A stretch of DNA of 64,000 nt from Acidimicrobiales bacterium (GTDB lineage: Bacteria > Actinomycetota > Acidimicrobiia > Acidimicrobiales > JBBSGY01), in contig JBGAQY010000002.1 of NCBI GenBank assembly GCA_044220495.1, positions 88,966 through 152,965 on the forward strand, read 5' to 3'. Under the pieces are notes generated by a model, which worked only from the letters and a program-made list of their open reading frames with translations, was not told the DNA's origin and made no database searches. The position numbers and the translations under genes were made by a program. Shown piece by piece: positions 53,296 through 63,161 of this stretch. Numbering within the stretch: the stretch's first letter is position 1; the number at the start of each line of letters is the position of its first letter.

Positions 53296-54416
53296 CTCCA
53301 CCAACCGCCGTCGTCGAACAGCCAGCCTCCTTCGCGTAACCGATGCAACGCTGCCGCCACCTGACCCAGAGACTGCCCCGTCTTGAGCAAGATGTCGTCG
53401 GTGCTCGTCGGCGACCAATCAACAGCATCGAGGACGATCTGATCGTCGTCGAAGAGTTGCTGTTGTTCGATCACATCAACGGGCCATGGATTAGGACATG
53501 TCTGCCAAGACAGCGCAGTCAAGATGTCGTCTGTCGAACACACCGGCGCACACCCCTCAGCAAGCAGTGCGTTGGTGCCACGCGAGGCCGGCGCGTTTAT
53601 GGAGCCAGGAACGGCAAGTACGGTCACATCACGACGCACTGCCTCTTCGACAGTCAGAAGAGAACCGCCTCGCTCGTGCGACTCGACAACGACTACTGCC
53701 CTCGAAAGCCCGGCGATGATTCGGTTGCGCGCCGGGAACCTCCACCGATCGGGCTTTGCACCAAGGGGCGACTCGCTGACGAGCAGGCCGCGCTCGATCA
53801 CCTCACGCCACAAATGTGCGTTGCGTCGCGGATAGATCGAGTCGAGCCCGTTGCCAACAACCGCAATTGGCGCAGCGCCATTGTGCGCTTCAAGAGCCCC
53901 CGTGTGAGCTGCGCCATCGATACCCAACGCAAGGCCCGACACGACTGCGATTCCCGCCTCGGAAAGTTCGCGTGCAAAGCGACGAGCGGTCTCACGCCCC
54001 TCGTTGCTGCAATGTCGCGTGCCGATGATTGCCACCGCCGGCTTGTCGAGCGCGCGTGCGTCACCTTGCCAAAACAAGACGCCTGGAGCCCACGGATCAT
54101 TCATCAAAGCAGCCGGATAATCGTCGAGTTGTGACCACACAGAAATGTTGCGTGCGTGATAGCGCTCGAGAACATCGAGGGGCTCGATGTGCCGCATTTC
54201 GCGTCGCCAGCTCTTGATTAAGTCTTCGAATTCTTTGCCGCAAACCGCACGCAATGCAGCCGACATCGGTCGACCGCTAGCGATGTTCGACCATGCAACC
54301 TCGGGCGGAGCGTCAGCTAGCAATGCCGCCAAACGAGAAGGGCCCATGCCTGGCAACCCAGCGAGCGACGCAACGCAGGCTTGGCGCCATGCGATTTCTG
54401 AACTTTCGATACTCAT
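53280..54416 (-). CDS. dprA: DNA-processing protein DprA
   Basis: Contains AIIGTRHCSNEGRETARRFARELSEAGIAVVSGLALGIDGAAHTGAL. Confidence 0.9.
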   Translation of the reverse strand: MSIESSEIAWRQACVASLAGLPGMGPSRLAALLADAPPEVAWSNIASGRPMSAALRAVCGKEFEDLIKSWRREMRHIEPLDVLERYHARNISVWSQLDDYPAALMNDPWAPGVLFWQGDARALDKPAVAIIGTRHCSNEGRETARRFARELSEAGIAVVSGLALGIDGAAHTGALEAHNGAAPIAVVGNGLDSIYPRRNAHLWREVIERGLLVSESPLGAKPDRWRFPARNRIIAGLSRAVVVVESHERGGSLLTVEEAVRRDVTVLAVPGSINAPASRGTNALLAEGCAPVCSTDDILTALSWQTCPNPWPVDVIEQQQLFDDDQIVLDAVDWSPTSTDDILLKTGQSLGQVAAALHRLREGGWLFDDGGWWRRAPT

Positions 54417-55924
54417 GACGCGTACTCAAAACACGACGTGTCAGGACGCAACTCAAGCGCTGCGCTGATGTGATTATCACTAACGCCAGAACACCCCTCG
54501 AGGTCGGCCAGTGTCAAAGCAACGCGCCGCACTCGATGCATTCCGCGCGCCGTCAGTCGCCCGGCCCGCATGCGTGATTTCAGCAGCGACGACGCTGCAC
54601 GATCAAGATTGTCGTAACGCTCAATGTCGTGCGCCGACAAGTGGGCGTTGGCCACCACTCCCCTGAGCGTCGCTCGATCACGCGCCTCGACCACACGCTC
54701 GGCCACGGCGGCCGAACTCTCGCCCGGCTGCGAATCGAAGAACTGATCGACCCGCGGCCGCTGCACGGGGATGCGTATGTCAAACCGATCGCGCAGCGGG
54801 CCCGATATGCGAGCGTCGTATCGCTGGCGAACTGACAGCGGACACCGACACGCACCCGGAATTAGACCCTCACCGCACGGGCACGGGTTGTTTGCACCCA
54901 ACAACAAGAACTGCGCAGGAAACGTCACGGTGGCCTTGGCACGACTCACCCGCACCACACCCTCTTCAAGCGGCTGTCGCAGAGTGTCAAGAACAGCAGG
55001 AGGAAACTCGTTGAGCTCGTCAAGAAACAGAACCCCACCGTGAGCAAGACTGATTTCGCCGGGCCGCATGACACTGGCACCGCCGCCGATAATCGACACC
55101 ATCGACGCCGTGTGATGCGGTGCACGAATGGGCGGCCTAAACATCAGCCCGTGATCGCGCGCCAGAGTCGCCGCGGCCGAATGAATCTTGGTCGCTGTCA
55201 GCGCAGTTGTCGGGTCGAGTTGAGGCAATATGCTCGGCAAACGTTGAGCGAGCATCGTTTTGCCAGAGCCAGGCGGCCCCGTCATCAACATGTTGTGGCC
55301 ACCGGCTGCAGCAACTTCAAGAGCCCAGCGCGCCAGCGGCTGACCCCGCACGTCAGCAAGGTCTAAAGGATCTGATGCGCGCGGCAGGGCCTGCATGTTT
55401 GACACCGGCCACGGCTCGTCGCCTTTGAGTGCTGCGATCAACTCGCCAAGCGTCGACGCCGAACGCACCTTGTGGCGCCCTACAAGCGACGCTTGCCCTT
55501 CAAGACTTGCAGGCACGACGACACACGGGTCATCGATTGCATCAACAAGTGGAACGATGCCATCAACAGCGCGCAATGACCCGTCGAGGCCAAGCTCGCC
55601 GATGAACGCCATGCCTTCAACGACTTGCGACGCCAACTGCTCGCCTGCAATCAAGTAGCCAACGGCAATTGCAAGGTCGAGCCCAGCACCAACCTTGCGC
55701 AGGCTCGACGGAGCAAGATTTACCGTCACTCGTTTTTGAACCCAATTGAGCCCACTCGATAACAAAGCGGCACGAACCCGGTCGCGCGCCTCGCGACATG
55801 CAGCGTCAGGCAGGCCCACAATCGTGAACCCCGGCATGCCTTGTGAAACGTGAACCTCAACCACTACTGGATGACCGTCGACACCCAACAAGGTGGCCGA
55901 CGAAATTGCGGCAAGCATCAACAA
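54413..55924 (-). CDS. comM: YifB/ComM family Mg-chelatase-like ATPase
   Basis: 503 aa with an N-terminal Lon-protease-like domain. Walker A is GPPGSGKTMLA and Walker B is GVLFLDELNEF. Confidence 0.92.
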   Translation of the reverse strand: MLMLAAISSATLLGVDGHPVVVEVHVSQGMPGFTIVGLPDAACREARDRVRAALLSSGLNWVQKRVTVNLAPSSLRKVGAGLDLAIAVGYLIAGEQLASQVVEGMAFIGELGLDGSLRAVDGIVPLVDAIDDPCVVVPASLEGQASLVGRHKVRSASTLGELIAALKGDEPWPVSNMQALPRASDPLDLADVRGQPLARWALEVAAAGGHNMLMTGPPGSGKTMLAQRLPSILPQLDPTTALTATKIHSAAATLARDHGLMFRPPIRAPHHTASMVSIIGGGASVMRPGEISLAHGGVLFLDELNEFPPAVLDTLRQPLEEGVVRVSRAKATVTFPAQFLLLGANNPCPCGEGLIPGACRCPLSVRQRYDARISGPLRDRFDIRIPVQRPRVDQFFDSQPGESSAAVAERVVEARDRATLRGVVANAHLSAHDIERYDNLDRAASSLLKSRMRAGRLTARGMHRVRRVALTLADLEGCSGVSDNHISAALELRPDTSCFEYAS

Positions 55925-56112
55925 CCCTCATTGCTCTTGCGGCACTGCGCATGCATTTGCGAAGTGCCAAATGAATGAAGAGAGCCGTTAAGTACCCAAG
56001 GGCGTACGTCGGCTTTCGAGACGTGGGAGAAACAGTAATTAGGGGGTGTGACAATGGCGACGGCGCGACGCTCCCGATTCACTATGGAAACGCCTCAGTC
56101 GCGGTTCGGGCG

Positions 56113-56988
56113 TCAGCGAGTTCCCTGTGCCGCGTTGATGGCAAGTTCTTCGGCGCCGGTGACATCCATTGGGCTTGCGCGATAGCGACGGCGTTGACGA
56201 ACTTCGAGCCGGCGAGCGATCCGACTCAACGTGAAGTTGACCAAGAAATACAAGAACGCTGCCGCCAAGAATGCTTGCAGCAACGGATAAGGCGGATACA
56301 AACCCAAGCTCTGCGAGCGACGCAGCAATTCGTCGTACGTGACGACATAACCAAGCGCCGTGTCTTTCAACAACGCAACGAGTTGGCTGATGATGCCGGG
56401 GATCATGCGTCGACCAGCTTGTGGGATGACCACGTAGATCATCGACTGCCAGTAGCTCAGCCCGATCGACGACGCCGCTTCACTTTGACCACGATCGAGC
56501 GACAAAATTCCGGCGCGAAAGATCTCTCCCAACATCGCCCCGTTGTAGAGCGTTAGGCCCAACACCAAAGCAAAGAACGGTGAAATATCGATGCCGTACT
56601 TGGGCAGCGCGAGATACGCAAACAAGATGAGCAACAAGAGCGGTACGGCGCGGAACGTTTCGACGTAGATGCCAGCGGACCAACGAACGATCCGGCCTCT
56701 GGCTAGACGTCCGAGCGCCATCAGCGCGCCGACGATCAAAGCCAACAGCATGGCAAGGGCAGCCGCTTGAAGCGTGTGAAGCGCGCCGAGCAACAAGAAC
56801 CTGATGTTGGGCCACTTCGTCAGTGTCTCCCAGAGGTCTTGGCGAAGTTGGCCGTTGTCACCGAAGCGTCTGATCGCGACAAAGGCACAAACGGCAATAA
56901 GAATCGACACCAGCACAGAAACCACTTGCACCTGACGGCGCCCACGCGGGCCGAGATCATCGAATAGGACGGATGTACTGGTGCTCAT
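56113..56988 (-). CDS. gluD: Amino-acid ABC transporter permease (GluD-like)
   Basis: Polar-amino-acid permease signature: EIFRAGILSLDRGQSEAASSIGLSYWQSMIYVVIPQA. Confidence 0.8.
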   Translation of the reverse strand: MSTSTSVLFDDLGPRGRRQVQVVSVLVSILIAVCAFVAIRRFGDNGQLRQDLWETLTKWPNIRFLLLGALHTLQAAALAMLLALIVGALMALGRLARGRIVRWSAGIYVETFRAVPLLLLILFAYLALPKYGIDISPFFALVLGLTLYNGAMLGEIFRAGILSLDRGQSEAASSIGLSYWQSMIYVVIPQAGRRMIPGIISQLVALLKDTALGYVVTYDELLRRSQSLGLYPPYPLLQAFLAAAFLYFLVNFTLSRIARRLEVRQRRRYRASPMDVTGAEELAINAAQGTR

Positions 56989-57593
56989 CGTCTAATCGCG
57001 ATCTTGCGTTCAAGCATCCCAACGGCAATGCCAGCCGGATAAGTGATGAGCAAATAACAAACAGCAACGCCCATGAACGCGACAACCGGCTGCGCTGTGT
57101 TGGTGATGATCTGCCCGGTTTCAAACATCAGCTCGTGCAGGCTGATGACCGAGGCGATCGAGGTGTTCTTGGTGTGCGCGATGAACAAACTGCCGAGCGG
57201 CGCTGTCACCGTGCGAAACGATTGCGGAAGGATGATCAACGAAAGCGTTTGCGTAAAACCGAGACCAACCGATCGTGCTGCTTCGGCTTGTCCAGCAGAA
57301 ACAGAATTGATGCCAGAGCGAACAGTCTCGGCAACGAATGCGCCGGTATAGATCGACATCACAATCAGTGCGCTTACAAAAACGTCGTATTTGACGCCGA
57401 TCTTGGGAAACCCGAAATAGAAGATCAGGAACGACAGCGTCAGCGGAACGTTCCTGAACACTTCTACATAGACAGTTCCTGCGATCCGGAGCGGAACAAC
57501 AGGACTCACCCTGCACGTCGCCACCACAGTGCCGATCACCAGTGCGGCAATAAATGCCAGCACCGATAACTCGAGCGTGGTGCGAAACCCCAA
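56985..57593 (-). CDS. gluC: Amino-acid ABC transporter permease (GluC-like)
   Basis: Contains ETVRSGINSVSAGQAEAARSVGLGFTQTLSLIILPQS. Overlaps the next permease gene. Confidence 0.8.
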   Translation of the reverse strand: MGFRTTLELSVLAFIAALVIGTVVATCRVSPVVPLRIAGTVYVEVFRNVPLTLSFLIFYFGFPKIGVKYDVFVSALIVMSIYTGAFVAETVRSGINSVSAGQAEAARSVGLGFTQTLSLIILPQSFRTVTAPLGSLFIAHTKNTSIASVISLHELMFETGQIITNTAQPVVAFMGVAVCYLLITYPAGIAVGMLERKIAIRR

Positions 57594-57650
57594 CCAATAG
57601 AGGTCGAGATTGTCGGTTATGACGTGCAGGGCAATGTCCTTTCGCTCGTA

Positions 57651-58685
57651 CTAAGGAGCAGCCGTTGTGGTGGTCGCTGCCGTTGCTGCAGTTGTGGTTG
57701 TCGATGCGCCACCAGCAGCTGTTGTTGTGCTTGAACCACTTGCAGCTGTTGTTGCGGTGGTACCTGCGGCCGAGCCAGTGCTCGTGTAACGGTCAACCTT
57801 TGGTGGTTCTGGCGTGGAAAGACCGATCTTGCCGAGCGTGTCTTCGTAAGCCTTCTTCCATTGACCATTGCCGTAGATGGTGTCGAGTCGGTCATTGATG
57901 AAGCTGCGCAGCGTGTCGTCGCCCTTCTTCAAACCAATGCCGTACGGCTCGTCGGTGTATGCAGTGTTAACCAACTTGAACGCACCTGCGTTGGCTTGAA
58001 CAATGCCAGCGAGGATTACGTTGTCGGTCGTGACGGCTTCGACGCGACCATCGCGCAACGCTTCGGTGCACAACGCGTAAGTGTCGAACTGCGTCACGGT
58101 TGCTTGTGGCGCTTTCGTCTTTAGCGTTGCTGGATAAGTCGAACCCTGCACTGCGCAGACGTTCTTGCCATTGAGGTCGGTCACCGACTTGATGGTCGTG
58201 TTGTCGTTCTTGACCATGATGTCGCCGTGCGCCACGTAGTACGGGCCGGCAAAGTCAATGACTTGCTTGCGCGTGTCGTTGATGGTGTAAGTCGCAACGA
58301 CGATGTCAACCTTGCCATCTTGAATGAATGGCTCGCGATTCTTCGAGACTGACTCAACGAAGTCGACCTTGTTGGCCGCCTCAGCTTTGGTTCCACCAAA
58401 AATGCCTTGCGCCATCAAGTCAGCAATCTCGACGTCAAAACCTTCGACCTTGCCTGTCGTTGGGTTCTTCAAGCCGAAACCGTTTTGATCAAACTTCACG
58501 CCAACAGTGATGCGGCCCTTCTTTTGAATTGCTTCGAGCGAACTCCCGGCAGGAAATGTCGGAGCCGCAATCGACTCATCAGCCGCTGTTGTCTTGGTGT
58601 CGTCGTCATCCTTGCTGCTACAACCAGCGACGGCGAGCGACAACGCCAAAGCAATTGACGATCCCATCAGTAGATGTTTCTTCAT
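57651..58685 (-). CDS. gluB: Amino-acid ABC transporter substrate-binding lipoprotein (GluB-like) with a C-terminal Thr/Ala-rich tail
   Basis: Lipobox LAVAGCS. Family-3 SBP core: GRITVGVKFDQNGFG...GFDVEIA. The tail is GTTATTAASGSSTTTAAGGASTTTTAATAATTTTAAP. Confidence 0.8.
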   Translation of the reverse strand: MKKHLLMGSSIALALSLAVAGCSSKDDDDTKTTAADESIAAPTFPAGSSLEAIQKKGRITVGVKFDQNGFGLKNPTTGKVEGFDVEIADLMAQGIFGGTKAEAANKVDFVESVSKNREPFIQDGKVDIVVATYTINDTRKQVIDFAGPYYVAHGDIMVKNDNTTIKSVTDLNGKNVCAVQGSTYPATLKTKAPQATVTQFDTYALCTEALRDGRVEAVTTDNVILAGIVQANAGAFKLVNTAYTDEPYGIGLKKGDDTLRSFINDRLDTIYGNGQWKKAYEDTLGKIGLSTPEPPKVDRYTSTGSAAGTTATTAASGSSTTTAAGGASTTTTAATAATTTTAAP

Positions 58686-58722
58686 ATCTTCCCCTTGTTA
58701 GTGAAGTTGATGTGCCTGGAAG

Positions 58723-59466
58723 TTAGTGAGCGAGGATTTTCGACAAGAAGTCTTTCGCTCGATCGGTTTGCGGACTGCTGAAAAACTGCTCTGGCGGTGA
58801 CTGCTCGATGATGCGTCCGCCATCCATGAACACAACTCGTTGTGCGGCCTGACGAGCGAAACCCATTTCGTGCGTTACGACAACCATCGTTGTTCCTTCG
58901 TTGGCAAGTTCGACCATCACGTCAACGACCTCTTTGATCATCTCGGGGTCGAGGGCCGACGTCGGTTCGTCAAACAGCATGACTTTGGGTTCCATTGCGA
59001 GTGCACGAGCAATCGCCGCTCGCTGTTGTTGTCCGCCTGAAAGCTCTGCTGGGTAGGCATCAGCCTTGTGGGCAATGCCGACGCGCGTCAGCAGCTTCAT
59101 TGCGAGGTCGCGCGCGTCGCTCTTCGACTTCTTGCGGACTTTGATGGGCCCGAGCGTGACGTTCTCAAGAATGGTTTTGTGCGGAAACAGATTGAACGAC
59201 TGAAACACCATGCCAACGTCGGCTCGCAACTTCGCGAGCGCTTTACCTTCAGCCGGAAGCGGCACGCCGTCGATCAAGACACGTCCGCTATCGATGTGCT
59301 CGAGACGGTTAATGCATCGACACAACGTCGACTTGCCCGAACCCGACGGGCCGATGACAACTACGACCTCGCCGTGATCAACCGTAAGGTCGATGTCGTG
59401 CAGCGCTTGAAAGTCGCCAAAGAACTTGTTGACTTGCTCGACCGAAACGATCGGCTGGGCGCTCAT
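58723..59466 (-). CDS. gluA: Amino-acid ABC transporter ATP-binding protein (GluA/GlnQ-like)
   Basis: Walker A is GPSGSGKST, the signature is [15 protein letters not shown], and Walker B is [12 protein letters not shown]. The start at ATG 59466 ([12 protein letters not shown]) is preferred to the track start at 59622. Confidence 0.9.
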   Translation of the reverse strand: MSAQPIVSVEQVNKFFGDFQALHDIDLTVDHGEVVVVIGPSGSGKSTLCRCINRLEHIDSGRVLIDGVPLPAEGKALAKLRADVGMVFQSFNLFPHKTILENVTLGPIKVRKKSKSDARDLAMKLLTRVGIAHKADAYPAELSGGQQQRAAIARALAMEPKVMLFDEPTSALDPEMIKEVVDVMVELANEGTTMVVVTHEMGFARQAAQRVVFMDGGRIIEQSPPEQFFSSPQTDRAKDFLSKILAH

Positions 59467-59539
59467 GCGACCAACCGTAGTTCGCACGACCCCAGAAAGA
59501 TGGGAATCAAGAGCCAAGCGCGGTCGGTCATACTGAGGC

Positions 59540-59800
59540 ATGACCCCCGATGACGAGCTAATCGACCCCTTTCTGGGCATGCCCGTCACGACGCGTGTGG
59601 TGCACCCATTCCAAGCAACCAAGCCCTACGTGTGCCCCGGTTGCAACACCGACATCCCGGTCGGCACGGGCCACCTGGTCGTTGTTCCAAAAGACGCCGC
59701 AGAGCTGCGTCGGCATTGGCATCGTGACTGTTGGTCACGTCGTGACCACTTGACGCGCAATGACAAGAAAAAGTCGGGAGCTAAAAAGCGCCCTCGATAA
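59540..59800 (+). CDS. Small conserved Cys/His-containing hypothetical protein with a basic tail
   Basis: 86 aa. Contains [23 protein letters not shown]...RRHWHRDCW, which looks like a CxxC...H/C metal-binding pattern. The 3' end overlaps the convergent yraN gene by 20 nt. The family name is not recalled with confidence. Confidence 0.5.
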   Translation: MTPDDELIDPFLGMPVTTRVVHPFQATKPYVCPGCNTDIPVGTGHLVVVPKDAAELRRHWHRDCWSRRDHLTRNDKKKSGAKKRPR

Positions 59801-60167
59801 CTTCAACATCGCGTCCGCAGATGCTGGCAATGTCGAAGCGAATTTCGGGGATGAACCCGTGGTCGCTGTCGGCGAGATACAGCATTGCGAGCTTGCGAAT
59901 GCGGGCCTGCTTCGTCGCCGTCACCGCTTCGACGGGAAATCCGTAAGCAGCGTTGACACGAGTCTTGACTTCACTGAACACGATTGTTTGGCCGTTACGA
60001 CAGATGAGATCGATCTCGCCAGCACGGCAGCGCCAGTTACGTTCGACAATCTCAAAACCGTGGAGCTCATACCACCGAGCCGCAAGCCCCTCGCCGTATT
60101 GACCAAGTGCCCGCTTACTTAAGTCAGGACTATTGCTGGAGCTCTTGCTCGGGAACTTCCTCGACAT
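59781..60167 (-). CDS. yraN: YraN family (UPF0102) endonuclease-like protein
   Basis: Contains GEGLAARWYELHGFEIVERNWRCRAGEIDLICRNGQTIVFSEVKTR. The track start overlaps DUF2469 by 38 nt, so the true start may be further downstream. Confidence 0.85.
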   Translation of the reverse strand: MSRKFPSKSSSNSPDLSKRALGQYGEGLAARWYELHGFEIVERNWRCRAGEIDLICRNGQTIVFSEVKTRVNAAYGFPVEAVTATKQARIRKLAMLYLADSDHGFIPEIRFDIASICGRDVEVIEGAF

Positions 60168-60432
60168 TGACGTCCTTGTAAGTCACGACATGTACAGAGG
60201 AAACAAAGCGGGCGGAACGATACATGTCCCAAACCCACGAGTCTCGAAGTTGTAGCTCGAAGTAGACGTGGCCGTCTGCGTCGTTCTTGGGCGTCAGGTC
60301 GACGCTGTTGGCCAGGTAAAAGCGGCGCTCAGTCTCAATGACGTAACGAAACATCGGAAGCACCGCGCGGTACTCCTGATAGAGCTGAAGCTCGATTTCG
60401 GTCTCGTACCGCTCTAGATCGTCAGCGCTCAT
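60130..60432 (-). CDS. DUF2469 family protein (actinobacterial, Rv2901c-like)
   Basis: 100 aa: MSADDLERYETEIELQLYQEYRAVLPMFRYVIETERRFYLAN... Conserved position beside yraN. Confidence 0.8.
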   Translation of the reverse strand: MSADDLERYETEIELQLYQEYRAVLPMFRYVIETERRFYLANSVDLTPKNDADGHVYFELQLRDSWVWDMYRSARFVSSVHVVTYKDVNVEEVPEQELQQ

Positions 60433-60471
60433 GTTGGTTGATCATATGAGAGCAAGGTGGCTTGCTCAGTT

Positions 60472-60813
60472 TCAACGCTTCTCGCGGATCTTCGCGGCCT
60501 TACCAACGCGATCACGCAGGTAGTAAAGCTTTGCCCGACGAACATCACCGCGCTGAACGACTTCGATCTTCGCGAGGACCGGCGAGTGAACTGGGAAGGT
60601 GCGTTCTACGCCTACGCCAAAGCTGACTTTTCGGACAGAGAACGTCTCACGAACGCCCGAGCCCTGACGGCGGATGACGTCACCTTGGAACACCTGGACA
60701 CGCTCACGGGTGCCTTCAACGACCCTGACGTGCACTTTTAGCGTGTCACCGGGAGCAAATTCAGGGATGTCATCGCGAATGCTCTCGCGATCGACCAAGT
60801 CGGTCGGGTTCAT
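60472..60813 (-). CDS. rplS: 50S ribosomal protein L19
   Basis: Contains [57 protein letters not shown]. Confidence 0.97.
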   Translation of the reverse strand: MNPTDLVDRESIRDDIPEFAPGDTLKVHVRVVEGTRERVQVFQGDVIRRQGSGVRETFSVRKVSFGVGVERTFPVHSPVLAKIEVVQRGDVRRAKLYYLRDRVGKAAKIREKR

Positions 60814-60870
60814 GGCAGTTCCTTACGTGATCGGAGCGGTAGAGATACTAGTGGAGGTTGAGGCGGCGAT

Positions 60871-61569
60871 TTACGCCTCTGGCGGGCGGTCTGATTCACC
60901 CTCGCTCAGGAGGTCGGGGCGGGCTTGGCGGGTGCGTTCGAGAGAGGCCTGGTGACGCCACTCGGCGATGCGGCCGTGGTCGCCGCTCTGCAGCACGTGA
61001 GGCACGGCCCAGTCTCTGAACACCGCCGGCCGCGTGTATTGCGGGTACTCCAACAAGCCATCAGAGAAACTCTCGAACTTCGACGAGTCGGAATTGCCCA
61101 TCACTCCGGGCAGTAAGCGCGTGACTGCTTCAATGATCGCAAGGGCAGCGACTTCTCCCCCGCCCAAAACAAAATCACCAAGCGAGATCTCGCCGTCGCA
61201 AAGATGATCGACAACTCGCTGATCTACACCTTCGTAACGTCCGCATAAAAGCGAGAAACCATCCGTGCGCGACAACTCCCACGCGTAGGCCTGATCAAAA
61301 CGACGACCGCCCGGACTCAACAGCAACAACGGTCTTGGCGGATCAACCGATTCGACGACGTTGAACACCGGCTCGGGCGACAAGACCATGCCGGGGCCTC
61401 CGCCAAATGGAGTGTCATCAACTGAACGGTGCACGTCTTGTTTTGCCCCGTCGCGCAAGTCGTGCGCGTTGAGCTCGAGCAACTGGTTGCGCTGCGCTCG
61501 TCCGAGCAGGGCCTCGTCAGCAAATCCCTCGATCAACTTGGGGAAAATCGTGAACACATCAATCCGCAC
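60871..61569 (-). CDS. trmD: tRNA (guanine37-N1)-methyltransferase
   Basis: Contains MRIDVFTIFP, DDTPFGGGPGMV, LLCGRYEGVDQRV and SLGDFVLGGGEVAA. GTG start at 61569. Confidence 0.95.
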   Translation of the reverse strand: MRIDVFTIFPKLIEGFADEALLGRAQRNQLLELNAHDLRDGAKQDVHRSVDDTPFGGGPGMVLSPEPVFNVVESVDPPRPLLLLSPGGRRFDQAYAWELSRTDGFSLLCGRYEGVDQRVVDHLCDGEISLGDFVLGGGEVAALAIIEAVTRLLPGVMGNSDSSKFESFSDGLLEYPQYTRPAVFRDWAVPHVLQSGDHGRIAEWRHQASLERTRQARPDLLSEGESDRPPEA

Positions 61570-61593
61570 CCCGCCAACCTATCTGCCTTACTC

Positions 61594-61630
61594 AGCACCC
61601 TAAGTCGCGTCATACGCGACTTAGGGTGCT
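61594..61630. repeat. Palindromic element, copy 1 (17-bp stem, 3-nt loop) between the DUF559 stop and the trmD start
   Basis: agcaccctaagtcgcgt-cat-acgcgacttagggtgct. It overlaps the DUF559 stop codon (61629-61631). The core is related to 62614-62676. Confidence 0.85.
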
Positions 61631-62525
61631 AAGTAGTGCGGCGGATAGCGCTTTTGAGTGCGGAAGCAATGTCGGCAGTCGAGCTACGGGCGGTGAAATG
61701 GAGAATCGTCCAGCCAGCGAGCGCCAACGCGTTGTTGCGGTCACGATCATCCTCGAAACGCTTTCTAGAGCGTCCGTGCACGCTGAAGCCATCAGACTCA
61801 ACGCCAACCTTGTAATCGGGCCACGCTGCATCGAGACGTCGGCGTCGCCCGTGAATACGCAGTGGGTACTGACAAACGGGTCGAGGTACGCCAGCAAGAC
61901 GGGCCGCACGCAACACTTTCAACTCGATGCTGCTCTCAGAGCCGCTCGGCAATTCAAGACGTTCGACAAGCAGCACACGCAGATTCTTTGCCCCCTTGCG
62001 TCCTCTAGTTCCTGCGTCGGCAAGTACGTTCGCAATCTGCTGGAACGATGTCTTGCCAGCAACCACGGCGTCGTCGATCACTCGTGCGAGCAGGCCGAGG
62101 GAGAGAAAACCAGCACAGTCAACGACAGTCCTTTCAACTGTCGTAACAGGAATGCCGTTGAGTGTCGTGACGTGTGACCTCTTGAGCGGCGATCTATGCA
62201 CGACAGTTTTCTGCCGCTTGTTCGAAGACTCGCGATCAACGGTGACATCGCAGAATGCCGGCGGCGGCAACAGTCCGTGCAGATAGGCAGCGCTTGCATG
62301 TGACGCGAAAGCTCGCCCAGGCGATGCCAGCACGGCGGCGAGTATGCACTGCTCAGGCGTCGTGGGTGCACCAGCTACGCGGTACACCCCTACGTGAACG
62401 GCACAAAGCCGCTCTCGTTGCAAGAGCCACTCGAGACTTCTCTCACTCATGATCGCCAGTGCCTGCGCTCGTGTGATCAATCCGAACTGCTTGCGACCAA
62501 TGCGGTCAATGCTTGCTGCTGCCAT
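61629..62525 (-). CDS. DUF559 (Vsr/endonuclease-like fold) protein with an AbiEi-like N-terminal domain
   Basis: The C-terminus reads RRLDAAWPDYKVGVESDGFSVHGRSRKRFEDDRDRNNALALAGWTILHFTA, which fits the D..WP....E.DG..H....D..R...L...GW pattern. The N-terminus GRKQFGLITRAQAL...GVYRVAG resembles AbiEi_4-type domains. Confidence 0.75.
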   Translation of the reverse strand: MAAASIDRIGRKQFGLITRAQALAIMSERSLEWLLQRERLCAVHVGVYRVAGAPTTPEQCILAAVLASPGRAFASHASAAYLHGLLPPPAFCDVTVDRESSNKRQKTVVHRSPLKRSHVTTLNGIPVTTVERTVVDCAGFLSLGLLARVIDDAVVAGKTSFQQIANVLADAGTRGRKGAKNLRVLLVERLELPSGSESSIELKVLRAARLAGVPRPVCQYPLRIHGRRRRLDAAWPDYKVGVESDGFSVHGRSRKRFEDDRDRNNALALAGWTILHFTARSSTADIASALKSAIRRTT

Positions 62526-62613
62526 CTGTGGTTCCCAGACCTGAGGTGAAGAGGCAGGCGCGAGGCCGCAAGGTCGCCAAAGCCGACGACTGATTTAATC
62601 TAGCTACGCAAGA

Positions 62614-62676
62614 CTCCTTCGAAGTTGGCACCCCCGGTCGCGTAATACGCGACTTGGGGTGCCAACTTCGAAGGAG
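62614..62676. repeat. Palindromic element, copy 2 (63 nt, nearly perfect long hairpin) between the rimM stop and the DUF559 start
   Basis: Outer arms ctccttcgaagttggcacccc (62614-62634) and ggggtgccaacttcgaaggag (62656-62676) form a perfect 21 bp. The inner part ggtcgcgt-aat-acgcgac(t) shares its core with copy 1 (gtcgcgtNatacgcgactt.gggtgc). Confidence 0.85.
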
Positions 62677-62682
62677 AGAGTG

Positions 62683-63144
62683 CTAATCGTTTATTTCGAG
62701 CAGGCCGGCGGGCGGGTCGACCCGCACAAACCCGGGGCCGTGCTCGACCACAAAACGCAACGGTATGAGGATCTTTTGATTCACCTCGAGGATGTCGCCG
62801 GCCGGATTGGCAACGACGCCAGTGATGACTCCGATTTTGTCTCCGCCAACGTCGAGCACCTCAGCATCGTTGAGTTCATGAACCCAAAGCGCGTCAGGAT
62901 CTTCTAGCGGCTCGGCCAGCAGTGCCGTGCCGTGCAATGCCTCTGCGTCTTCGCGCGAATCAACTCCCGCGAAAGCAACAATCCACCGGTGTTGATGGGG
63001 CTTTGCATAACGAACAACGAGCGACCCACCCGGAGCAACAAGTACTGATCCGGGAGCGAGTCGCTCGTCTCGATTGGTAAACAACTCAACGACAACCTCG
63101 CCGCGCAGGCCATGAGCCTTCACGATGCGGCCGACTTCGAGCAT
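62683..63144 (-). CDS. rimM: 16S rRNA processing protein RimM
   Basis: Contains LEVGRIVKAHGLRGEVVVELFT and the C-terminal PRC-barrel segment IPLRFVVEHGPGFVRVDPPAGLLE. Confidence 0.9.
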   Translation of the reverse strand: MLEVGRIVKAHGLRGEVVVELFTNRDERLAPGSVLVAPGGSLVVRYAKPHQHRWIVAFAGVDSREDAEALHGTALLAEPLEDPDALWVHELNDAEVLDVGGDKIGVITGVVANPAGDILEVNQKILIPLRFVVEHGPGFVRVDPPAGLLEIND

Positions 63145-63161
63145 TGAGAGTGCGTCGATGG

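Noticed and set aside
53045-53428. ORFs 53045-53428 (-) and 53068-53364 (+), and the possibility that the 53.1-kb repeats form a CRISPR array
   Set aside because: Both translations are only the periodic translation of the tandem DNA repeat. The units are directly adjacent with no unique spacers, the repeat lengths are irregular (50 and 66 bp), and no cas genes are nearby.
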